From NCBI GenBank assembly GCA_013416795.1, contig RQSC01000663.1:1-18238 (forward strand): 18,238 nt of DNA, written 5' to 3'. A model generated the notes under the pieces. It saw only the letters and a list, made by a program, of their open reading frames with translations. It did not search any database and was not told where the DNA came from. The position numbers and the translations under genes are program-made. The DNA is from Prasinococcaceae sp. CCMP 1430. Its lineage: Eukaryota > Plantae > Prasinodermophyta. Each line of letters starts with the position of its first letter. Position 1 is the stretch's first letter. Positions 9,075-17,730 of the stretch are shown here, piece after piece.

Positions 9075-10014
9075 TCAGAAGCCCAATGGAAGGCCCGTGA
9101 ACTTGTCATTGCGCAGGTTGGAGAAGCTGGGCTCCTTGGGGATGCTCTTGCGCGTCGCGGGCGACGCCGACGCCACACGCTGGTAGTACGAGAGCCACTC
9201 TTGGCCGGTGATCACCTCGTCGGGATGTGGTTGGGAGCGTCCCGCGAGGGCCTCCACCATCGCGCGCGCGTCCGCATCCTCGTCCGCGCTCCCACTCACT
9301 CCCGAGTGCGAGCGGCGGAAGGGCGCGGGGAGCTCGCGTGCGACGATGTCCGGCAGCAGGCCGAGCTGAATGAGCGCGGACAGCGCGTCCGAATTCACCC
9401 ACGTCTTGCAAACCCTGCCGTCCTTCCACTCGCACGTCGCCGTCGCCGTCCACACGATGTCGCTCGTCGAAGCTTTCTTGGGCGAGGTTTCGACCGCCGT
9501 GGAGGGCGCAGCCGAGCGCGGCACGGCGAGCGAAAGCTGCGCGACGCAGTTGTCACCCTCGGCGACAAGCCCATCGACCCGCACGCGCACACTGGGAAAG
9601 GCCGCGCGGAACGAATCTAGCGCCGCGCGGTAGCCTTCGCGGCCGGGCTGCGGGTCTGGCTGCGCAGGATCCACGAGGATGTGGGACGCGTCGACGAGCT
9701 CATCCAAACCCGCGGCGCGCCGCACGGCGTCGTTCTCGTTCCAAACGACGTCGTACAGCCGGCGCGTGAGGGACTTCACCTCGCCCTCGGATGCGCCCTC
9801 GGCGGCGGCCGCGCCCTCCGCCACGGGCTCCTCCCCTCCGGCCGGGGCAGCGTCGGCGTCGGCGTCGGCGTCTGGCGCTTCGGGCGGCCCGCCCGGCGCG
9901 TCGCTGTTCTTGTAGTACTCGCGCGCGAGCACGCCGCCGAGCGAGCGCGACGCCCGCGGCAAACGCCGTCGTCGCCGCAGCGACGGCCGCCGCACCCCGC
10001 GACGCCGACGCCAT
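9075..10014 (-). CDS. SnoaL-like (NTF2-fold) ester/polyketide cyclase domain protein with an N-terminal hydrophobic anchor; apparent frameshift near 9942
   Basis: The domain at about 9779-9352 reads LTRRLYDVVWNE...LDELV...GREGY...FRAAFPS...LVAEGD...WKDGRV...W...D...LIQLG. The only suitable ATG (10014, MASASRGAAAVAAATTAFAAGVAL) is in a different frame from the domain. The frames join at a GCTC-GCTC duplication. Confidence 0.72.
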
Positions 10015-10107
10015 GCGCGGAGGGGAGGGAGCGCCGTGCCGCCGCGGGCTGTGGCACCGCGCGTCCCCCACACACACGCACCCCGCCCCGGGCCCGCGTG
10101 CACCGCT

Positions 10108-10410
10108 CAAAAAAACAAATACTTTTGAATTTTCAAAAATAAACCGAAGGAAATTCCCCATAAAATCCGCCTCCCGAACCAATCAAACGGCACGCAAAAT
10201 CAAAACGCCGGGCCATCAAGCGGCATTCAAAGACGACGTCGGTTTTTATTTTCTTTGACCTACAATCGCGTGCTTATGTGGTGCTTTTTTCATACAAATG
10301 CGTGGAAATTCCATCCCATTAAAAACGGGGGCGCTGCGAAATCGACGGAAATTCGAAATTGGGACTATCGAATGCTATTGGATGTAAAAGCGCGGAGTTA
10401 TACGCGCAAA
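10108..10410. promoter_or_regulatory. AT-rich island, probable bidirectional promoter between the SnoaL-like gene and CFAP99
   Basis: Sharp GC drop between divergent genes, CCAAT at 10179-10183, TTTTGAA/TTCAAAA inverted repeat at 10123-10138, and T/A tracts. Confidence 0.6.
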
Positions 10411-10689
10411 ACGCCTCGGTGCCGCTTTCGGTCCGCGGCGGCGGGCGCGGCGAGGCCCCCCGGGAGTGGGGTGGGGTGAGATGGGGGCAGGCGACCGGTC
10501 ACGTGCGGGTGGGCGTGGCAGGATGTGTGTGTAGGGGGGGGCGAGGAGGGCAGGAGGGCGCCTGTCTAGGTGCTCGCGCTTTTCTAGAGCGCGCCACACG
10601 CGCAGCGCGCGCGCGGCGCGCGCGCTCGCGCGCTCGCGCGCCCGCGCGAGCGGGACTCGCCGCCAGCGGGACGGGGCCCGCGCGGCGGC

Positions 10690-13056
10690 ATGGACTCCAC
10701 GCGGCCAAACACGTCGCTCACGGCGCAGGGCACCGTGCCGCCGACGTCAGCTGGGGGCATGCACATGGGCACCGGTGAGCCCATGGGCGCGGGCGCGCTC
10801 ATCAAGATGTCGGTCGAGCTCAACACGAGCTTCAATGAGCGCGCATGCTCGCTTGACGCGCACGCCGACGCCTTCCTAAGCAAGCGGCGCGTAGCGAACG
10901 CCGCCGACGCGACGTTCCTGCGGCAGGTGCTGTACGGCGTGACGCGTTATGCCAAGATGATCGACGCGCTGCTCAAGTCGTTCTACTACAACAACGCCAG
11001 CACGGCGCTTCGCTCCGACGTGCACCTGTACACGGTATTTGCCTACCTGTACCTGCTGCGGGTCGACGAGCTGGGCTTCGCGGGCTTCCGCAGGCTGCTC
11101 CTCTCGCAGGATGCGCAGAAGATGCTCGTGCTGCTGAAGTACCAGGGCGATGTTCGCAACCTACGGGAGTGGTGCCGCGACGAGTGGCTCAAGCTCTACG
11201 ACCACGAATGGGTGGACGCGCGCCTGAGCGCGTTCGCGGCGTACGAAGCCGATGTGGAGAGCCTGCTGGCGACGCTCGAGGAGCGTGTCTATCTCAAACG
11301 TAAGGAGAAGGAGAGCGACTCCGACGCGGCCTTCTCCGACACCCTCGCCTCGACCACCGTGCCGGTGCCCTTCAAGCTGCACGAGTCCAGGGTGAGGCCG
11401 CCGCCGCCTGAGTATCAGCCGCCGCCGCCGCCCAAGCCCAGGCCCGTCCCACCGCGCAGCGAGGGCCCCACGCGAGAACAGGCGGCCGTCGCGAGTGAGC
11501 GCGAGCGCATCCACGCCGAGGTCGTGGCGAAGCACGCCACCTTCGCCGCGCCCCAGCTGGCTACCCAAAAGCGCCCCAACAACTTGGAGGCCGTGCGGAA
11601 GGAGGTCGAGTCGCGCCGCGCGGCCGAGCTGGAGCCCTGGGGGACGGCGAAGCCCGCCCCGCCGCGCCCCACCGCGGCGGTGCGCCTCAACGCGACCGCC
11701 GTGCTGCGTGAGGACTTTCTGTACAAGAGGCGGATGGAGGAGGAGGCCGCGCTGCTGCGCGCGTACGAAGCGGATCTGCGCGATGGCGCCGAATTCGATG
11801 AGTGGCGACGAAACGCGCTCGCCCACGACGAGGAGGCGCGCAAGACGATGGTCGAGGAGCGGCGGGAGGAGGCGAAGGCCGCGGGTATGCGCGCCAAGCA
11901 GGCGGAGACCAAGATGAGGGATCATGCGGCGAGCATGGCCGCCCAGGAGCGCAGGGAGGCGTCCGCGCGCGCGGCTGAGAGGCAAAAATCGGAGGCGCGC
12001 GAGCGAGACGCCAAGGCCGCGCGAGCCCGGCAGATCGCCAGCGAGCACGGCAAGGCGCGCGACGCGGTCCGCCAGCTGCAGCAGCGAAAACGCGTCAGGG
12101 CCGACGAGCGCGCGGCAGAGCGCGCGGCCAACGCACGCCACGTGGCGGACGAGCGCGCGCAAGAGGCAGCACAGCGAGAGGATCTCATCCGCCGCCTACG
12201 CGCGATGGACCTCGTGAAAAGCAGCTCCAACGCGCGAAGATTTGACCCGACCATCACGGCTGGCCATGGCCTGCTCGAGGAGATGTCGATGGCAGAGCTG
12301 CGCGCCAAACTTGACATCGCGCGCGCGCGCGTGCGCGAGGAGGAGGAGGGACGGCGCGCTGAAATCCGCAAGGCAAGGCAGGAGCGCGAGGAGGCGCTGC
12401 TCGCCAAGGCGGCCAACATCTCGCGCATCCGCGACTTCGGGCAATCGAAGGCGAGCGCGCGGCGGACCGAGGCGCAGCGTCACCGCACCGAGCGTGAACA
12501 GGAGGCGGCGGCGGCACACGCGAGCGGCATGATCAAGCTGCACGACCGCATGGTCAAACAGCGCGCCGAGCAGGACGCGGAGGCGCGGCGCATCGCAGAC
12601 GAGGCGAAGGCGGTGGCCTTCGAACAGTCGCGACTGGCGGCGTCGAAGGACCTCGTTGAGGAAACAAATTTTTTGGAGCTGCGCGCGGGGGCGGAGAGGG
12701 CGGCCCAGCACAGGCAAGCGGCACAGAAGCAACAGGAGGCCACGTACGAGGCAACCAAGGCGCGGCTTGAGGCCGTGCGCGGCGAATTCTTGCGCAAGGA
12801 GCGCCGCGCGAAGGCAGGGGCCATCAAAGCGTACGACGCAAAGCTGCGCGCGCTCAGCGAGGCCGATCGGCTCGCTCAGATCGCCGAGGCCAAGCGCAAA
12901 CGCGACCTGGTCATCGCGGAGCATCTCGACGCGAGCCGCAGGCAAGCCAAGCTGGATGGGACCGCGGCCCGCGTGTACCATCGCACGCGCACGCTCGGCG
13001 GCACGGCCACCGCGGCGGTTACCACCGGTCGGCTTGGGAGCGCAGCAGGCACGTGA
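10690..13056 (+). CDS. CFAP99: Cilia- and flagella-associated protein 99 (FAP99), apparently intronless
   Basis: 788-aa ORF. The N-terminal block (FLRQVLYG...FY...LRSD...Y...LRVDELGF...SQD..KM...EWLKLYD), AVRLNATAVLRED.LY, EFDEW and FDPTITAGHGLLEEMSMAELR match recalled CFAP99 blocks, followed by a long Glu/Arg/Ala coiled coil. The true start could be a slightly later Met. Confidence 0.82.
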   Translation: MDSTRPNTSLTAQGTVPPTSAGGMHMGTGEPMGAGALIKMSVELNTSFNERACSLDAHADAFLSKRRVANAADATFLRQVLYGVTRYAKMIDALLKSFYYNNASTALRSDVHLYTVFAYLYLLRVDELGFAGFRRLLLSQDAQKMLVLLKYQGDVRNLREWCRDEWLKLYDHEWVDARLSAFAAYEADVESLLATLEERVYLKRKEKESDSDAAFSDTLASTTVPVPFKLHESRVRPPPPEYQPPPPPKPRPVPPRSEGPTREQAAVASERERIHAEVVAKHATFAAPQLATQKRPNNLEAVRKEVESRRAAELEPWGTAKPAPPRPTAAVRLNATAVLREDFLYKRRMEEEAALLRAYEADLRDGAEFDEWRRNALAHDEEARKTMVEERREEAKAAGMRAKQAETKMRDHAASMAAQERREASARAAERQKSEARERDAKAARARQIASEHGKARDAVRQLQQRKRVRADERAAERAANARHVADERAQEAAQREDLIRRLRAMDLVKSSSNARRFDPTITAGHGLLEEMSMAELRAKLDIARARVREEEEGRRAEIRKARQEREEALLAKAANISRIRDFGQSKASARRTEAQRHRTEREQEAAAAHASGMIKLHDRMVKQRAEQDAEARRIADEAKAVAFEQSRLAASKDLVEETNFLELRAGAERAAQHRQAAQKQQEATYEATKARLEAVRGEFLRKERRAKAGAIKAYDAKLRALSEADRLAQIAEAKRKRDLVIAEHLDASRRQAKLDGTAARVYHRTRTLGGTATAAVTTGRLGSAAGT

Positions 13057-13075
13057 CGTACGGCGGCGCGGCAAT

Positions 13076-13080
13076 TGTAA
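13076..13080 (+). terminator. TGTAA, candidate chlorophyte-type polyadenylation signal for CFAP99
   Basis: TGTAA lies about 20 nt after the CFAP99 stop, and UGUAA is the known Chlamydomonas-type signal. It was not seen after the other genes, so support is weak. Confidence 0.3.
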
Positions 13081-13204
13081 TATCGGCGCTAGTGGGCGGA
13101 TGCTGTGTGTGTGTGTCAGATCATTAATCGCGATCGCGAACGGGCAGACCCCTTGGCCCTCGACCGAGGAACCCGCCTCATCGCTCTCGTGCGCCGCCCT
13201 CCGC

Positions 13205-14808
13205 TTACTTGGAGGCGACCGAGTCGCGAAGCGCGCGGCGCTTGGCGAGCGACTCCGAGCGGCGCTCCTTGGCCTCCTTGAGGCGCAGCGCGAGCAGCTT
13301 GGCGTAGTCGGCAGCGTCGGCCTTCGACTTGGCGATCTTGGCCACCTTGAGCGCCTTGCGGTGGCGCTTGCGCTGCAGCGTGAGCGGGGTCACAATGCGC
13401 TGGATCTTGGGCGCCTTGGACTGCTTAGAGCCGTTCTTCGTCTCGAAGTCGCGGCGGTAGGTGTTGACGTACGCGCGCACGTCGTCGCCCTTGGAGAGGG
13501 CGAAGAGCTTGCGGACCTTCGAGCAACGCTTCGGGCCGCGCATCTTCGGGCGCGAGGTGTCGGTGAGGCCCGGGATGTCGGCATCGCCAATCTTCACCAC
13601 CTTGAGGTTGAGCGTGGACAGATCCTGCGACACGATGCAGCCGCGCACGGTCTTGCGGCGGCGCTCGCCGTTGCGGCGGCCGTAGCCGAGGAAGCCCGAC
13701 TGGCCGCGCTCCATCAGCACGCGCACGCGGCCCGAGGTCAGCACACCCTGCTTCATGGGGAAGCCCTGCTTGTCCTGGCCGCCCATGACCTTGAAGATGT
13801 AGCCCTTGAACTCCTGCGGGGACCCGGCGAGCGAGGGCGGGCGGGGAGGAGCAAATGTGGGAGGGGGGGGCAGGGGAGAGCAAAGGCGTCAGCGGGCGGC
13901 CAACCAGGAGAGGCACACGACCGGGGCCAGCCAGCACTCGGTGCCGCGCCTCCGCATGGGACCACGGCGCAGAGCGCCGCGGGGCAGCACGCCGCGCAGC
14001 CGCGCCGCGCCCCGGGCGCCGGGCGTGCGCCGTAGCATCGCATACGAGACCGTCACAGCGACCTCCGCGACAACGCATCGCCGACGGGGGCGCGCCATGC
14101 TGCCGAGCGGTACGCGTCGCAGGCGGCTGGCACGCCGCCGCAGCGGCGGGTAACCCTCACCCTGGCGGGGAAAAAAAAAGCGCACAGAAAGCGGGCGCGC
14201 GCGGGGCAAGGGCACCCCCGCGCGCCGCGCGCGCGCAGCGTCGCTGCCCCATCCGTCCCCGCGGACACTCCGGCGGGCGAGTCTGCTCATCAAGCGCGCC
14301 GCCGACTGCCCAGCGACGCGCGGGGGGGCACACGGGCGTGCCCGACCGACCCCCCACGCGCACGCCGCCGCAGGGGCGCGCGCGCGCGCATTCTCGCCAA
14401 AAAAAAAAAAAAAAAAAAGCTGGGGAGATGGGCACGGCCGCCCTAATCGACCGCGGCCGGCGCCGCCACGCGCGCAGCGCGGCGCGGCGGCGGGGCAGCG
14501 CGCACGTACATCGCCGAGGGAGTCGCCCGGGATCTCCGCGGAGATGCGCTTGTCGAAGAACGGGCGCCTGCGCGGGCGGGGCGGCGGCGGCGGCAAGCGC
14601 GATCGCGTCAGCACACACGAGCGCAAGCGCGAGAGGGAGCGCGGCTCCCCGAGCGCACCCGTCGCAGCGGCGGCGCGCGAGCGAGCGAGCGAGCGAGCAC
14701 GGCGAGCACAGCGAGCGCGCGCGGCGGCGCGACGCACAGCTTCTGGTCGTCGTTGATCTCGACCTTCTTCTGCGTGCCGTTCGCCGGGTACGCGATGTTG
14801 AGCTTCAT
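13205..14808 (-). CDS. RPS6: 40S ribosomal protein S6 (eS6), 245 aa, 3 exons
   Basis: Exons are complement(14738-14808, 14510-14567, 13205-13813), 738 nt in total. Translation: [23 protein letters not shown]|[20 protein letters not shown]|[23 protein letters not shown]...[13 protein letters not shown]...GPKR...YVNTYRR...KAPKIQR. Donors are GTGCGT and GTACGT; both acceptors are CAG. Confidence 0.97.
13814..14509 (-). other. RPS6 intron 2 (696 nt, the longest intron in the window)
   Basis: GAT|GTACGT donor, GCTGAC at about 13893-13888, long pyrimidine tract, CCCGCAG|GAG acceptor. Confidence 0.9.
14399..14418. repeat. A20 homopolymer (U20 in the RPS6 pre-mRNA)
   Basis: 20 consecutive A on the + strand inside a GC-rich intron. 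A second run of A9 lies at 14171-14179. Confidence 0.95.
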
Positions 14809-14882
14809 GGCCGCAGCGGGCGGCGCGTGAGGCGGGCGCTGTGGCGCGGCGCTCCGCGCGCGCGCGCCCACAGCCGCCGCCC

Positions 14883-15340
14883 CAAAAAACAAAACACAGC
14901 CGCCAGCACATTTCGAATGCACTTCCGCGAAACCTCCCGCCTATCACTCGTACTTCGACCATCTCACAAAACGGATTGCGGATTTCGGAGCGAGTCCCGC
15001 GCGCGCGAGGTGGGCCGAGAGCGGCGGCGGCGGGTGTCATCTCCCATACCAATCCAATGCGTTTTGATCATGTTTGTACATCACTTACTCCTGCGGTATC
15101 CAAATCCCAGAATGAAATACTTTGATATATATAAAGAAAGGAATCCAACCAGAGATGTCCAGTGGATTCCTCAAAGGATTCCAAACGCGCACATCGTACG
15201 CCTTTTGATGGCGCGCGGCCCCGGCGCCTGACGGATTTTTTATTTTGTTTTTTTACCCGACGGCGATGCGAACGATTGCGTGCTTTTTGATGTTCTTTTT
15301 TTTAAAAAAAAAGCAGCCCATTTTTCGATCCTTCGAATGT
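14883..15340 (-). promoter_or_regulatory. AT-rich island, probable RPS6 promoter or 5' leader region
   Basis: GC drop immediately upstream of RPS6, TATATATA at 15126-15133, tandem CCAATCCAAT at 15049-15058, and T/A tracts. Confidence 0.6.
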
Positions 15341-15475
15341 TTGGGTGGGAGACTCCCGTCGCGCCGACCCCGTATCAAACGCCACGCGCCCGGACGGCCC
15401 GCGCCGCGCCATGTCGCCCATCAGGGCGAGAGCAGATTCGAACCCTGTATTTTTGGGTTGTGGTATGGACCCTTA

Positions 15476-17496
15476 TTATGGGGCGGGCGTGCGCGACGGC
15501 GGCGGCGGGGGCGAGGCGGGCGCGCGCCACAGCGCGCGNAGTTGTGCAGGTGCATGCATTCCTGTGCGCGAGAGCGCGCACAGGGACTCGACATGCATGC
15601 CCGCGGCGGCATAACACGCTGCCGCGCCCGAGTGATCCCCCGCGCGACTGAGCACGCACGCAGCCTCCTCGTGCTCGCCCGCGCGGCTCGCGCGGTCCGC
15701 GTAGGCCGCAAGGAGCGCCGCGAGGCCTTCCGAGCGCTGCGGTAGCAGCCTGAGGCCCGCGCCGAAAAGCTCGTGCTGCAGCGCATACGCCGGCGCACGT
15801 GCCGCGTGCTCACCGCCCGCCGCCACCAGATTGGCAAGTGCGCTCTCGTGTCGCCCGAGCTCCTCGTCGATGGAGGCCATACGCGCACGCTCAGGCATTG
15901 CCGCTAGTGCGCGCAGGCGCGGCAAGTATTCGCTAGGATCTCTCGCGTCCTCGCTCGCCACGAAGAGCGCCAAGTCGAGGTCGTACGTGCCCAACGCGCA
16001 GTCGTATGCATTTAGTCGGGTGATGCTGCACAGACCAAGAAGTGAGCGCATCGCCGCGGAAGACACAGCGTGGCGATGTTGCTCGAGCTGGGCGGCCTGC
16101 CGCGCCCGCCCCACAGCCTGGTCAGACTGTACCTTCTCGAGCTCTGCAACGCGCAGCCGCCTGATGCGCGCGAGGGCCTCCTCGAGGCGCGGTGGCTGCG
16201 AGCGCACAAGCGTGGTCAACGCTGCCGACTCGACGGTAGATTGCGACCGCGCGCGACTGCTGTTGTTGATCTCTTCGCTGTCACCAGCCGTCCCGCACAG
16301 ACCATCCAGCGCTTCCCGAAGCGCAGTGCACACTGCTGTCACTGCACTCTCACCGCCGCCACTACCGTCGCGCTCATCCTCCCCGCCATCGCCCCTGCCA
16401 GTGCCGTCTCTGCCGCCATCTTTGTCATGGCCCTCCAGGACGTCGAGCGAGAGCTCACCCGGGCCGAGTACGTCCTCGTAGCAGCGTGCTGCTGAAGCCC
16501 AGTCGCTCCGCAGGGATCCCACCACATCTGTCACCCCCGCGGCTGCCGCCGCCTGGCCGCGCGCGGCCACAAGCTGCTCCACAAGCACAGCGGCGCCACC
16601 GCACAGTATAGGCGGACACGCGCCGCGCACAGCTAGGAGGAGGTTCAGGTCCACGCGCGCGCGTCTTGCGAGGGCGTAGGCGGCGGCCCAGCGCCCCGCG
16701 CGCAGCAGAGCACATACGCGTGGCGCCGTAAGCGCACGCGGCCCAACGGTCTCCAGGTTGCCTCGTGGCATCTGCAACACAACGCACGAGGCGGCACTTG
16801 GGGCGCATACAACGCGCGCGCCCGCCTCGGCGGGGCGCATGCATGGTGCGCCACCACGCAGGCCGTCGCCTGCGACGTTGACCACGCCGATTCCCAGCGC
16901 ATCTTGGCCGACCACGTACACCAGGCGGGCCAGGCCGTCACCCCCACACTCAACGTGCGCTGCCGCGCGCACGCAGGCGCTGGTGACGCCGGCATCCACC
17001 ACGCGCGTGCCGCAGCGCAGCACGCCGCACGAGGACAGGGACACCGGAAACAAGCCCCCGCCACTTCCGTCCATGTCCGAGGCCGTGGCGCCACTGACTG
17101 CGCTGCGCGTGTCCACCAGGGCAAGCCAAGAGCAGGAGGCGCGCCCCTCAGCGCCTTCACCGCCGAGGCCATGCGTCGATGCAGGTTGCTCCCACTGTAG
17201 TGCACCGCTGCAATCGCCAGTGTCGTTGCAGCCGTCGCTCGCATCGTGGCGTTCCAGGGCCCACACTCGCACAGCTCCGCCCGCAGCCAGTGCGAGCATC
17301 CCGCCCCGCGCTGCAATAGCGTCAATTGGCAACGGCACCGACGGTGCTACCACGGTAGCCATGCACAGCTCCGCGACGCTTGGGCCGCGCACGCGCACCA
17401 CCTTGTCGCCACCGCACAGATCGGTCGTGATGCACGCCACGTCAACTGCGGTCTGCGCACCGAGCGCGGCGCCGGTCCCGCCCGCCGATCGGCCGC
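15476..17496 (-). CDS. ELP1: Elongator complex protein 1 (IKI3/ELP1), internal fragment: second beta-propeller plus part of the TPR region
   Basis: LQMPRGNLETVGPRAL (about 16777-16730), RRARVDLNLL, LGTYDLDLALFVA...RDPSEYLPRL, IDEELGRHESALANL, and the TPR-like EEAACVLSRAG...A..CYAAAG. The exon probably starts after the CCACCAG acceptor at 17499-17497. An N at 15539 makes the 3' end unreliable. Confidence 0.85.
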
Positions 17497-17730
17497 CTGG
17501 TGGCGGTGGATGGGTGAGGAGGTGTGTGTGTGTGTGGGGGGGGTGGTCGGCGGGGGTAGCGGCCACGCCCGACAGCACCCTCGCACTCTCGCACCCGCGC
17601 CTGCACCCGCGCCCTGGCGGCGCGGCGGGCGCCGCGGGGGCTCGGGAGGGAGGGAAGGGGTGAGGAGAGGAGAGGGGGGTGTGTCTCTCCCCGATCCCTC
17701 CGCGTCGGGGGACCCGCCGCGCGCGCGCCG

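Noticed and set aside
1474-10014. Sirtuin, hydrolase and SnoaL genes as a biosynthetic or defence cluster
   Set aside because: They are interleaved with housekeeping genes, lie in mixed orientations, and have no PKS/NRPS, transporter, nuclease or mobile-element context.
14047-14056. GTGACGGTCT resembling an antisense guide to the LSU rRNA AGACCGUC segment
   Set aside because: Only 8 Watson-Crick pairs, with no adjacent D or D' box and no C box.
14287-14293. C/D snoRNA in RPS6 intron 2 (TTGATGA C-box-like)
   Set aside because: There is no CTGA D box within snoRNA distance. The only CTGA is about 400 nt away at the branch point.
13889-15052. 387-aa minus-strand ORF spanning the RPS6 promoter and introns
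   Set aside because: It only borrows RPS6 exon 2 and reads through introns, so it is not an independent gene. It is relevant only as the intron-retention frame.
15083-15091. ACTTAC resembling the U1 snRNA 5' end on the + strand
   Set aside because: No U1 stem-loops or Sm site follow. It is better explained as a minus-strand splice donor.
15435-15445. tRNA B-box-like GGGTTCGAATC on the minus strand
   Set aside because: There is no paired T-stem, no matching 5' acceptor strand about 70 nt upstream and no A box, so it is not a tRNA. A SINE cannot be supported either.
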